A program made the position numbers and the translations under genes. Shown here piece by piece: positions 1-9,275 of a DNA stretch of 64,000 nt. Within the stretch, counting starts at the first letter, position 1, and every line of letters begins with the position of its first letter. Origin of the DNA: Desulfobacterales bacterium (GTDB lineage Bacteria; Desulfobacterota; Desulfobacteria; Desulfobacterales; UBA2174); assembly GCA_963668645.2 (NCBI GenBank), contig CAXXWC010000010.1, positions 160,001 through 224,000 of the forward strand. Reading direction: 5' to 3'. The notes beneath the pieces are model-generated. The model ran no database searches, was not told the DNA's origin, and was given only the letters and a program-made list of their open reading frames with translations.

Positions 1-101
1 GTCCTCCTGAAAAGTCTAAACAGCCAAATTCGCCATGATGCCAAAGACTGCGGCGCCACTTGCGCCGGTCCGTTGCGGCCATCGCAAATTCCGGCCATTT
101 T

Positions 102-1736
102 CTACACCACAAAGCGGATATCCAACCGCTGGGCCGCATGATAGTCGTCGATGCCGATGGCGTCTGCCATACCGATGGGCAGCGAAGTGGAGCGGCCCAG
201 GGGCGCCACGATCTTTTTAAGCTCGGTGTCGAAGGACAGGACCGTATCCACCAGGCGCTGGGCCACATCGTCCACGTCCAGGCGCCGGTAAAGGCGCGGA
301 TCCTGGCTGGTGATCCCCTTGGGACACTGGCCGATGTTGCAGATGTTGCAGCGGTCCGACTCGCTGCCCACGCATCCGGCCGCCGACTGCATGATGTATT
401 TTCCCACCTGCACCCCGCTGGCCCCGAGCATGATCAGGGCCGCGGCGTTGGCCGCCAGGTTGCCCGTCTTGCCGATCCCGCCGCCGGCAAAGAGGGGAAG
501 CTCGTTTTGCTGGCCCAGTTCCACCAGGGTCTTGTATCCGTCGCGGATGTTGGTGGCGATGGGATGGCCCATGTGGTCCATCGAGACGTTGTAGGCCGCA
601 CCGGTGCCCCCGTCCTCGCCGTCGATGGCCAGGCCGGCGGCGTACGGATTGCGCGTCAGGTTGTTCAGCACCGCCATGGCGGTGGAGGTGCCGGAGATCT
701 TGGGATAGACCGGCACCCTGAATCCCCAGGCCATGGACATCGAGAGGATCATCTTGGCCACCGATTCCTCGATGGAGTACTGGGTCTGGTGGGTCGGCGG
801 GCTGGGCAGGCTGACACCGACCGGCACCCCGCGGATGGCGGCGATGAGCTTGTTGACCTTGTACCACATCAGCAGGCCGCCATCCCCCGGTTTGGCTCCC
901 TGGCCGTACTTGATCTCGATGGCGCACGGATCTTCCTTCATCTCGGGGATGGCGTGGATGATCTCGTCCCAGCCGAAGTAGCCGCTGGCGATCTGCAGGA
1001 TCACGTACTTGAGAAAGCGGCTGCGCAGCAGCCGCGGCGGGCACCCGCCCTCGCCGGTGCAGATGCGCACCGGGATCCCCAGCTCCTCGTTGAGATAGGC
1101 GATCCCGAGCTGCAGCCCCTCCCACATGTTGGGCGAAAGGGCCCCGAAGCTCATGCCGCCGATCATCAGCGGGTAGATCTCGCGCACCGGCGGGATCCAT
1201 CCGTTCTCCCTGACAAACTGCAGGTTCTTTTCCGGCGGCAGGACCCGGCCCAGCAGGGTGCGCATCTCGAACTCGTGGCGCCCGGCGTCCAGGGCCGGGT
1301 CGGTGAGCATCGAAATGCGGGTGAACTTGATCCGGTCCAGGATCCCCCCCGGTGCGTTGCGCCGCCCGCCGCGGCTGCGCGCCTGGCCCCCGCGGTTGAT
1401 GTGAAAGCGCAGCTTGTCGGTCTCGTCCGAGCGCACCGGCAGGATGGCATCGTTGGGGCAGACCAGGGCGCAGGTGGCGCAGCCGACGCAGCGATAGGCC
1501 GGATCGGTCTTCTGGCGCACCCCGTAGTAGGTGGTGAAAGCATTGGCCGGCGGCCGTTTCGGGTCCAGGGACGGCTCGACGATCCGTTTGCGAAAGACCC
1601 CAAGCTCGATGGCATGCACCGGACACACGGCGGTGCAGCGCCCGCAAAGGGTGCACTTGTCCCGGTCCCAGACGATCTGCCAGGGCAGATCCTTGATGCT
1701 CAGTGTATTTGGGGTAATGGGTCGGTCTGCGAGCAT
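102..1736 (-). CDS. Glutamate synthase FMN-binding subunit (split/archaeal-type GltB domain 2) with N-terminal 2x[4Fe-4S] ferredoxin domain
   Basis: CTLCGRCTAVCP and CVGCATCALVCP motifs; MSFGALS, TGEGG, QIASGYFG, EIKYGQGAKPGDGG, DGEDGGTGA; C-terminal Cys cluster. Start trimmed to ATG 1736 (MLADRP), overlapping the upstream gene. Confidence 0.9.
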   Translation of the reverse strand: MLADRPITPNTLSIKDLPWQIVWDRDKCTLCGRCTAVCPVHAIELGVFRKRIVEPSLDPKRPPANAFTTYYGVRQKTDPAYRCVGCATCALVCPNDAILPVRSDETDKLRFHINRGGQARSRGGRRNAPGGILDRIKFTRISMLTDPALDAGRHEFEMRTLLGRVLPPEKNLQFVRENGWIPPVREIYPLMIGGMSFGALSPNMWEGLQLGIAYLNEELGIPVRICTGEGGCPPRLLRSRFLKYVILQIASGYFGWDEIIHAIPEMKEDPCAIEIKYGQGAKPGDGGLLMWYKVNKLIAAIRGVPVGVSLPSPPTHQTQYSIEESVAKMILSMSMAWGFRVPVYPKISGTSTAMAVLNNLTRNPYAAGLAIDGEDGGTGAAYNVSMDHMGHPIATNIRDGYKTLVELGQQNELPLFAGGGIGKTGNLAANAAALIMLGASGVQVGKYIMQSAAGCVGSESDRCNICNIGQCPKGITSQDPRLYRRLDVDDVAQRLVDTVLSFDTELKKIVAPLGRSTSLPIGMADAIGIDDYHAAQRLDIRFVV

Positions 1737-2830
1737 GTTCTGATCTCCTGTCGATCCGGTCCGATGATGACCGTGTCGAGATGCATGGGCTGAAAATCCT
1801 TGGACTTGTCGCGGTCGGGAATCGCGGCGTCCAGGCCGCAGATCTCCGATGAAAAGGCGAAACAGCCGGGCCGGCCGCCCACCACTCCCGGCCGCAGTTT
1901 TTTGCGGTCCTGAACCATGAAAAGCGAATGGTCCACCAGACAGCCGATCACACAGTTGGGCCCGTCGATGATCAGGCGGCGGCACGAATGCTTCAGGTTC
2001 TGCAGCAGCACGGCATCCGGATGGGCCGCGATGGCCTCGTCGTTCAGGGGGGTGATGATGTGCTTGTAGGCTTCGAGCCCCAGCCCGAGAGAGTTGAGGG
2101 TGTAATGCAGGATGTGGGTAAAGACCTCCGAGTCGCTCTGGTAGCCGATATAGCCGTCAAACCCCCGCGAGGAGAGAAACTCGCGGATCGGCACGAAGGC
2201 GGTGTTCTCACCGTTGGTCATGGAGGCCAGGCCCTGGATGAAAAACGGATGGCAGGCGTACAGGTTGATGGCATAGTTGGTGTTCTGGCGCCCCTGGGCC
2301 ATGATCACCCGGGCCCGCAGATCCTTGCGGTCGAGCTTCAGGTAGCTCGCCACGGTGAGCGGATCGCCGATTTCCTTGATCATGATCACATCGGGCCAGA
2401 AGGAAAATACGATCATGTCACGCTTTTCCTCGCCCATAAGGCGCAGTTGCAGCCGGATCTTGAGCAGCCGGCGGTAAAGCTCTTCGGTGGCCAGCCCGTC
2501 CCATTCTTCCGGATACTCGTAGGCGCGAATCAGGTAGACGTCGCGCCGCGGCACCCCGGGCGGCGTGGTCTTGGGCACCTTGATGGAAAGCTTGAACTTG
2601 GTCATAAAACCGATGTTCATCATGAAGGTGTCCAGCCGCTTGAGCCCCTCTTCGGTAAAAATCCCCGACAGGATCGGGGCGTCCTTGATCTCCTCGAAGG
2701 GCCCGCCCAGGTCGCGCAGGAACAGCCCCACCCCGCTGCCGTCGTGGCCCTCGCGCATCACATCCAGGGCGTTGATGGCCACCATGGGCGACAGGGGTTC
2801 TTGGCTGGTGATGGCAAAAAGTCGGCACAT
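1700..2830 (-). CDS. Class II glutamine amidotransferase (GltB domain 1-like)
   Basis: N-terminal MCRLF (Ntn Cys2), GRQNTN, CHPF, NGEN, SDSE, DRKKLRP motifs; adjacent to the FMN subunit. Confidence 0.88.
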   Translation of the reverse strand: MCRLFAITSQEPLSPMVAINALDVMREGHDGSGVGLFLRDLGGPFEEIKDAPILSGIFTEEGLKRLDTFMMNIGFMTKFKLSIKVPKTTPPGVPRRDVYLIRAYEYPEEWDGLATEELYRRLLKIRLQLRLMGEEKRDMIVFSFWPDVIMIKEIGDPLTVASYLKLDRKDLRARVIMAQGRQNTNYAINLYACHPFFIQGLASMTNGENTAFVPIREFLSSRGFDGYIGYQSDSEVFTHILHYTLNSLGLGLEAYKHIITPLNDEAIAAHPDAVLLQNLKHSCRRLIIDGPNCVIGCLVDHSLFMVQDRKKLRPGVVGGRPGCFAFSSEICGLDAAIPDRDKSKDFQPMHLDTVIIGPDRQEIRTCSQTDPLPQIH

Positions 2831-3019
2831 GATGCTCTTCTCCTTAATAGGCAAAACGCTTCCGGCTGCCAGGGAAAACGGCCGCAGGCCATTGCGTTCG
2901 GCGCCAGACCCGAAAACGGCGCCGCCTGGCGATGAATTCCGTCATTTCCGGGTGGTTCGAGTAGTGGAGTCGGTTGATCGGCAAAACCTGCCTTGGCGCA
3001 TGACGGCTTTGGTCAAGCA

Positions 3020-3035
3020 TGCAATGGTTATGCCG
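3020..3035 (-). promoter_or_regulatory. Candidate sigma54 (-24/-12) promoter of the glutamate synthase operon
   Basis: Minus strand CGGCATAACCATTGCA = GG-N10-GC with TTGCA; about 190 nt upstream of the GATase start, AT-rich tract further upstream. Confidence 0.55.
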
Positions 3036-3379
3036 CAAAACGAATTGAACTGGAATCTTACCTGGAGCCAACGGTTCCAGCATTCCCGGAACCCGGGCCA
3101 ATAGCATAAAAAACACATTAATGTCATTAATTTTTCCTGTAAATTACAAAATCGTTACACCCCCGCAACGGGATTTTGCAGGATATCTCATTGAGAATAA
3201 CAAGAAAAGATAAGATTTGCCCCCCGCCTGGATCGTATCGACCATAGGCCGGGATCCGAAGCGGCCGGGTCCGGCCCGATCCGCCCACGGCTCTGCCGGC
3301 CACCGGGGCGCATCCCCACCATGGCTGCCGTCCACCACGGTCGTCTTCTGCCCAAAGGAAAGGGTCCGGGATTGACCGA

Positions 3380-6300
3380 TCAGGTCTCCGGCACCGGGCG
3401 CTGGGCCGGCGGGTCGCGCCGGTACAATCCCTGGATATCGTCAACCACCAGGTAAAGGCAGGGCACAAGCAACAGGGTGATCAAAGTTGCGAAGAGGATC
3501 CCGTAGCCGAGGCTCAGGGCCATGGGGATGAGGTAGCGGGCCTGGCGGGAGGTCTCGAAAATCATGGGCGCCAGGCCGCCGAAGGTCGTCAGGGTGGTGA
3601 GCAGAATCGGCCGGAAACGGTGGATGGCCGCCTCCCGGATGGCCTCGCCGGCCGGCTGGCCGCCCAAACGCCGGCGGTTGGCCCAGTCGATGAGCACCAG
3701 CGAGTCGTTGATCACCACCCCGGAGAGGGCCACGATGCCGAACACGCTCACCACCGAGAGGCTGTAGCCCATCAGCAGGTGCCCGCCCACCGCCCCGACG
3801 ATCCCGAACGGGATCGAGAGCATGATGATCAACGGCTGGATGTAGCTGTTAAACGGGACGGCCAGCATGACGTAGATCACGAGCAGTGCCAGCAGCAACC
3901 CGCGGGTCAGACCCTGCATGCTTTCGCGCTGGTCGGCCTGGCGGCCCTCGAAGCTCACCCCCAGGCCCGGATAGCACTGCTGCAGATCGGGCAGCGCGCC
4001 GGCGCGCAGGGCCGCCAGGATCTCGCCGGCCTTGGCCCGCGGGCGCACATCGGCGCTGACCGTGATGATGCGCCGCCCGTCGCGCCGGTCGATGCTGGTG
4101 TAGGCCCGGCCGCGGGTGATGTCCACCGCATCACGCAGGCCGATCTCGCCCCCGCTCGGCGTCCGCAGGACCATCTCCTCCAGGTAGTACTCGGATTCGC
4201 GCTCTTGGCGCGGCAGCCGGATGCGCACCGTCACTTCGTGGCGGCCGCGCTGCTGGCGCAACGCTTCGACCCCGTAAAAGGCATGGCGCACCTGCCGCGC
4301 CACATCCTCTCCCTTGAGCCCCAACCCTTCGGCCTCCTGCCGGATTTTGAAATCGAGCTGCTGCTTGCCCGGGCTGTAGCCGTCGTCGATATCGGTGACG
4401 TTGGGAAATGCCTCCAAGGCCTGGGCCAGGGTTTCACCGGCCTTTTCCAGCACCTTGACGCTGCGATGACTCAACTCCACCGAAAGGGCCGGCCCGCTGC
4501 CCGGACCGCCGGCATCGGACTCGAAACGCATGTATTCCACCCCGGCCACCGGCCCTACCCGCTGGCGCCACAGGTCGGTGTAGCGGGCCGTGGCGACAGG
4601 GCGCCGGTCCGACGGGGTCAGATAGACCCGTATCTTGGCCGCGTTGGCATCGATGTCGGCGAAGATGCCTTCCACCAGCTCCGGGCCTCCGTTTTCGGCC
4701 GCCACCGCCTTGGCCGCGGTCACCAGCCGTTGCTGGACCGCTTCCGTGCGCGCCAGGGCCGTTCCGTAGGGCAGCCGCACCGTGGCCAGGGCGTAGTCGG
4801 ACTCGATTTTGGGAAAGAGCTCGAAACCCATGCGGCCGCTGCGCACGTAAGCCAGGGTCACCAGCAGCAGCGAGATGCCCAGGGCCACCGTGGCGTAGCG
4901 GTAGCCCAGGGCCAAATCGAGCAGCGGGCCGAAGCGGGAATGGATCTGGCGGGTAAAAAAGCCGCTGAAGCGCTGCTGGGTGCGCACCATCCACCCCAGT
5001 GGGCCGCGGGGGGCGCGATCCTTCTGGCCGCCGACGTGGGCCGGCAGGATGAAGAGGCTCTCGATCAGGGAAACGGCGAAGACGCTGATGACCACGATGG
5101 GCACCTGCCGGAAGACCTTGCCCATGAACCCGGGAACAAAGAACATCGGCACGAAGGCCACCATGTTGGTCAGCACGCTGAAGTTTATCGGCAAGGCGAT
5201 CTCGCGCGCCCCGGCCACCGCGGCCCGGTGCCAGGCCATCCCCTGCTGGCGGTGGTGGTAAATGTTCTCGCCGACCACGATGGCGTCGTCCACCACGATA
5301 CCCAGGGTCACGATGAAGGCGAACATCGTGATCATGTTGATACTGGTGCCGGTGGCATCCAGGATCAGCAGGCTGCCGGCAAAGGAGATGGGGATCCCGA
5401 GACTTACCCAGAAGGCCAGGCGCACTTCGAGAAAGACCGCCAGCAGGACGAAGACCAGCGAAAGGCCGATATAGCCGTTGCGCAGCAGCAGATCGAGCCG
5501 CTGGCGATAGACATCCGAGCGGTCGTTGCGGATATCGATGCCCATGCCGGGCGGCAGGCCCGGGCGCACGGTCTCGATCACCCTGCGCACCGCATCGGAG
5601 ACCGAGATGGGGGTCTGGTCGCCCACCCGGTAGACCTCCACCAGCACCGCCGGCTGGCCGTTGTAAGCGGCGCGGGTATCGGTTTCCTCGAAATCGTCCC
5701 GGATCTCGGCGATCTGCTCCAGCAGCAGGGCGGTGCCGTCGGCGGCGCTGATCACCGGAATGCGGCCGAACTCCCGGGCCCAGTCGCGCCGCTCTTTCAA
5801 GCGCACCAAGATATCGCCGGCGGCGGTCTTGATGGTCCCGCCGGGCATCTCCAGGGCCGTGCGGCGCACGGCGGCGGCCACCTGCTCCAGGGTCAGCCCG
5901 TAAGTGCGCAGCGCCTCCTGGCGGATCTCGATGGCGATTTCCAGGTCGCGCACGCCCACCAGCTCGGCCTGGGTGATGTCCGCATCCTGCAGCAGGCGGT
6001 CGCGCAGCTCCTCGGCCATTTCGCGCAGCACACGTTCATCCACCCCGCCGTAAAGGGCCAGGGATACGACGTAACGCTTGCGGTCGGCGATGGTGACCTG
6101 GGGTTCTTCGGCGTCTTCCGGAAAGGAGGTGATGCGATCGATTTCACCTTCGATGTCCCGGGCGATCCGGTCGATGTTCTCTCCCTCGAGGATCTCCACG
6201 GCCACCGTGCCGCGCCCCTCGCTGGCCGTGGCGGTGATCTTCTTGATGCCCTCGAGCCCTTCGACCGCCTCCTCGACGGCCAGCAGGACCCCGCGTTCGA

Positions 6301-6508
6301 CCTCCTCGGGGCTCGCTCCGGGATACTCGATGGTGACGTTGACCTGATCCAGCTCGAAATCGGGAAACAGCTCGCGTTTGATCTGGGTGGCGAAGATCAG
6401 GCCGCCCACCAGGAAAAGCAGCATCAAAAGATTGGCGGTGACCGAATGGCCCGCCATCCAGGCCACCGGACCGCGCCCCGGTGGGGGGGCGCCGACTTGC
6501 CCCGTCAT
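3380..6508 (-). CDS. RND efflux permease (AcrB/AcrD/AcrF family)
   Basis: 1042 aa; YPGASPEEVE, GIVVDDAIVVGENI, RFRPILLTT; two large periplasmic loops. Confidence 0.95.
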   Translation of the reverse strand: MTGQVGAPPPGRGPVAWMAGHSVTANLLMLLFLVGGLIFATQIKRELFPDFELDQVNVTIEYPGASPEEVERGVLLAVEEAVEGLEGIKKITATASEGRGTVAVEILEGENIDRIARDIEGEIDRITSFPEDAEEPQVTIADRKRYVVSLALYGGVDERVLREMAEELRDRLLQDADITQAELVGVRDLEIAIEIRQEALRTYGLTLEQVAAAVRRTALEMPGGTIKTAAGDILVRLKERRDWAREFGRIPVISAADGTALLLEQIAEIRDDFEETDTRAAYNGQPAVLVEVYRVGDQTPISVSDAVRRVIETVRPGLPPGMGIDIRNDRSDVYRQRLDLLLRNGYIGLSLVFVLLAVFLEVRLAFWVSLGIPISFAGSLLILDATGTSINMITMFAFIVTLGIVVDDAIVVGENIYHHRQQGMAWHRAAVAGAREIALPINFSVLTNMVAFVPMFFVPGFMGKVFRQVPIVVISVFAVSLIESLFILPAHVGGQKDRAPRGPLGWMVRTQQRFSGFFTRQIHSRFGPLLDLALGYRYATVALGISLLLVTLAYVRSGRMGFELFPKIESDYALATVRLPYGTALARTEAVQQRLVTAAKAVAAENGGPELVEGIFADIDANAAKIRVYLTPSDRRPVATARYTDLWRQRVGPVAGVEYMRFESDAGGPGSGPALSVELSHRSVKVLEKAGETLAQALEAFPNVTDIDDGYSPGKQQLDFKIRQEAEGLGLKGEDVARQVRHAFYGVEALRQQRGRHEVTVRIRLPRQERESEYYLEEMVLRTPSGGEIGLRDAVDITRGRAYTSIDRRDGRRIITVSADVRPRAKAGEILAALRAGALPDLQQCYPGLGVSFEGRQADQRESMQGLTRGLLLALLVIYVMLAVPFNSYIQPLIIMLSIPFGIVGAVGGHLLMGYSLSVVSVFGIVALSGVVINDSLVLIDWANRRRLGGQPAGEAIREAAIHRFRPILLTTLTTFGGLAPMIFETSRQARYLIPMALSLGYGILFATLITLLLVPCLYLVVDDIQGLYRRDPPAQRPVPET

Positions 6509-7755
6509 GGCTTCACGCCCCCCTGGCGCGGCTTGTTCTGGGCCTGGGCCGTACCGGCGGCCGGTTCGATGCGAAGCTGCATCCCGGCCGCCGGGGCGGC
6601 CAGGTCCGAAACCACCAGCCGCTCGCCTGGCGAAAGCCCCCGGTCGAGGAGCACGGTTTGCCGATCGCGCCAGACCGGAATCACATCGCGCACCACCAAA
6701 CGATCATCCGCATCGGCCAGCCAGATCTGCCGCCCGTCGCGCAGGGTGCCGCGGGGGATGGGATAGACCCCTTCCAGGGTCCGGCCCTGAATCTCCACCT
6801 GCACGAACTCGCCGATGAGCAGCGGCGGGAGCCCCCCGGGGGCGTCGAGCCCGAGCGGATCGTCCACCGCCACCAGCACCTGGGCCATACGCCCTTCGGG
6901 TGCCAGTTCACTGAGCAGACGCATCACCTTTGCCGGGCGGCGGTGCTGGCCGTGGTAGATAACCGTCGCCGGGCTGCCGGCCTCACCGGTGCGCGAGGGG
7001 ATCCGGATCCAGTCGAGCCGGTCGGTGGGCAGCGAAACCTGAACCCAGAACCGATCCGTACCCACCAGCACGGCGAGCCGGTCGCCGGTGGAAACCTGGG
7101 CGCCCAGGGCCGTTTCCTTGCTGCGCACCGTGGTGTTGAAGGGCGCGCGCACCTCGGTGTAGGCCAGGTCGCGTTCGGCCTGGACCAGTTCGGCCTCGGC
7201 GGCCGCCACGGCGGCCTGGGCCTTTTCCAGGTGCGGCCGGCGCAGGGCCAGTTCGGCATCGGCCGGATTGCCCTTGGGGCCCGGGCCCAGCAGGGCCCAT
7301 TCCCGGGCCGCCACATCCTGGTAACCCTGCTCGAGTTTCAGTTCGTAGCGGGCCTCGGCCACCTCCCGCCGTTTCTGGGCCAGGCGCAGCCGGTAGTCTT
7401 CCGGATCGATCCGGACGATGCGCTCGCCGGCGCCGATACGCCCGCCGGGCTTGAAATCCGGGTGCAGGGCGACGATCTGCCCTGTCACCCGGGGCTTGAC
7501 CACCAGTTCCCGGGCAGGCACGACGGTTCCCATGGCGGCGACGGTCACGGTCTGCCGGGCGGGCTGGACAGCCGCCACCTGGACCCAGGGCGCCACGTCC
7601 TGCGGCGCACGTTTGGCGGCCTGCGGCTTGTTGTTGTTCAGATAGCCGGCCAGGACGATGCCCGCGCCGAGCAGGCCGAGGCTCAGCACGACGTTGAGCA
7701 GGGTGCGCAGCGGCCGGCCTCGATGGGGGCGATTTCCGGTTTGATGATCGTCCAT
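6505..7755 (-). CDS. RND periplasmic adaptor (MFP)
   Basis: N-terminal TM helix, VKPRVTGQIV, coiled coil, EVRAPF; start trimmed to ATG 7755 (MDDHQ); 4-nt overlap with the permease. Confidence 0.9.
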   Translation of the reverse strand: MDDHQTGNRPHRGRPLRTLLNVVLSLGLLGAGIVLAGYLNNNKPQAAKRAPQDVAPWVQVAAVQPARQTVTVAAMGTVVPARELVVKPRVTGQIVALHPDFKPGGRIGAGERIVRIDPEDYRLRLAQKRREVAEARYELKLEQGYQDVAAREWALLGPGPKGNPADAELALRRPHLEKAQAAVAAAEAELVQAERDLAYTEVRAPFNTTVRSKETALGAQVSTGDRLAVLVGTDRFWVQVSLPTDRLDWIRIPSRTGEAGSPATVIYHGQHRRPAKVMRLLSELAPEGRMAQVLVAVDDPLGLDAPGGLPPLLIGEFVQVEIQGRTLEGVYPIPRGTLRDGRQIWLADADDRLVVRDVIPVWRDRQTVLLDRGLSPGERLVVSDLAAPAAGMQLRIEPAAGTAQAQNKPRQGGVKP

Positions 7756-7775
7756 GAAAGCGTTCCTTTTGATAC

Positions 7776-9209
7776 TCAACGGGATGGATGGCCCTCGACG
7801 AAAACCGCCGCTTGCGCATCCACCCAACGCCCGCCCAGGGCACGGTAAAGGGTCACACGGTTTTGCAGCAGCTCGGCCTGCTGGACGATAGCTTCGCGTT
7901 CGAGCTGTTGAACGGCGGTCAGATGGGTGAGCACGGGCAGGTAATCGCTCAAGCCCTTGCGGTAACGCAGCATGGCCTGGTCCAAGGCCAGACGGGCCAC
8001 CGCCAGTTCCCGTTGCAGAGCCTCCAGGTGGCCCCGGCGGGCCGCTTCGCTCACCAGGGCATCGTGGACTTCCCGGATGGCCGTATACACGGTCAGGCGG
8101 TAGGCCCACAGGGACTGGTCGGCTTCGGCCAAACGTTGTTCCACCACGGCCTGGCGCCGGTGGCCGTCGTAGAGCGGAGCGGTGAGGCTGGCGGCCAGGC
8201 TCATGATCCAATCTTCCAGCAGACGCTCGAAACGCACGGCCTTCCACCCGGCCGAGGCGGAAAGGGTCAGGTCCGGCAGCCGGGCGGCCCGGGCCGCGGC
8301 AATCTGCCAGTCGGCGGCGGCCAGGCGCCGCCCGGCGGCCCGGATATCCGGTCGGTGGGCCAGAAGATCGGCCGGCAGCCCCACAGCCGGCACCGGCGGC
8401 AGGGACGGCAGATCGGTTGCGTCCAGTTGCGGAGCGGTGCCCGGTGCCCGGCCGAGCAGCAGGCTCAGGGCGCTTTGCTGTTGGCCTTCGGTTTCGGCGA
8501 CCAGGGGAATGGCGGCCTGGACCTGCTCGACCACCTGCTGCTGCTGGTAGACGTCCAGTGCCGAGGCCAGGCCCTTGGAAAATCGGAGTCTGACCAATTC
8601 GAGGTAGGTGCGGCTGGTGGCCAGTTGAGCTTCCAGGAGCCGGCGGCGCGCCTTCTGGGCCACGATCTGGATCCAGCACCGGGCCACCTCACCGCTGACG
8701 GTCATGGCGGCCGCGCCCAGATCTTCGGTCGCGGCGGCCACATCCTGCCACGCAGCCTGGCGTTCGGCGTCCAGCCGGCCCCACCAGTCGAACTCGTAAG
8801 CCGCGGCCAGCACGAGGGAATAACCCTCCGAAGCCGTCGTTTTCCCCCCCAGCCGGCGCCGCTGGCCGGCGGCATCGCCCTCCAGGTCCAGTTCGGGCAT
8901 CTTGGAGGCCTGGGTGCCGCGGGCTAGGGCCTGGACCTGGCGCAAGCGGGCCGCGGCGGTGCGGATGGAAAAGTCGCCGGCCAGGGCGGCGGTTACCAGC
9001 CGGTTGAGTTCATCGACCCCGAAAACCTCCCACCACTGCTCCGGCATGGGTTCGCCGGACGCCTCGTAAAGCGGATAGGTCGCGGGCAAAAGGCCCTGGG
9101 GCGCGGACCGGCCGGCCGGTGTATAGGGGCTGCAGGCCGCCAGACATGCCAATGCCGCCACGGCCCACCACCATCGCCGAGCTTCGAATGCCATCCATCC
9201 CGTCCTCAC
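7776..9209 (-). CDS. Outer membrane efflux lipoprotein (NodT/OprM family)
   Basis: Lipobox LAAC, WWEVFG, YEFDWWGRL, LPADLLAHRPDI, LYRALGG; start uncertain. Confidence 0.9.
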   Translation of the reverse strand: MRTGWMAFEARRWWWAVAALACLAACSPYTPAGRSAPQGLLPATYPLYEASGEPMPEQWWEVFGVDELNRLVTAALAGDFSIRTAAARLRQVQALARGTQASKMPELDLEGDAAGQRRRLGGKTTASEGYSLVLAAAYEFDWWGRLDAERQAAWQDVAAATEDLGAAAMTVSGEVARCWIQIVAQKARRRLLEAQLATSRTYLELVRLRFSKGLASALDVYQQQQVVEQVQAAIPLVAETEGQQQSALSLLLGRAPGTAPQLDATDLPSLPPVPAVGLPADLLAHRPDIRAAGRRLAAADWQIAAARAARLPDLTLSASAGWKAVRFERLLEDWIMSLAASLTAPLYDGHRRQAVVEQRLAEADQSLWAYRLTVYTAIREVHDALVSEAARRGHLEALQRELAVARLALDQAMLRYRKGLSDYLPVLTHLTAVQQLEREAIVQQAELLQNRVTLYRALGGRWVDAQAAVFVEGHPSR

Positions 9210-9275
9210 ACAAAGACACCCTCTTCCGGGGATCGGAGCGCCCGGATCGCATCGCGTTTGATACCGCGGATTATA

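Noticed and set aside
60..1793. Long antisense and alternate-frame ORFs (also 3620-6766, 24651-25922, 29010-30701, 46207-48270, 52010-53956 and many others)
   Set aside because: Shadows of real genes caused by high GC3 codon bias; no motifs or RBS
3001..3015. Second TGAC-N7-GTCA site near the glutamate synthase promoter
   Set aside because: Only 4-bp arms; about one such match is expected by chance in 64 kb, and it lacks a correctly spaced TANNNT
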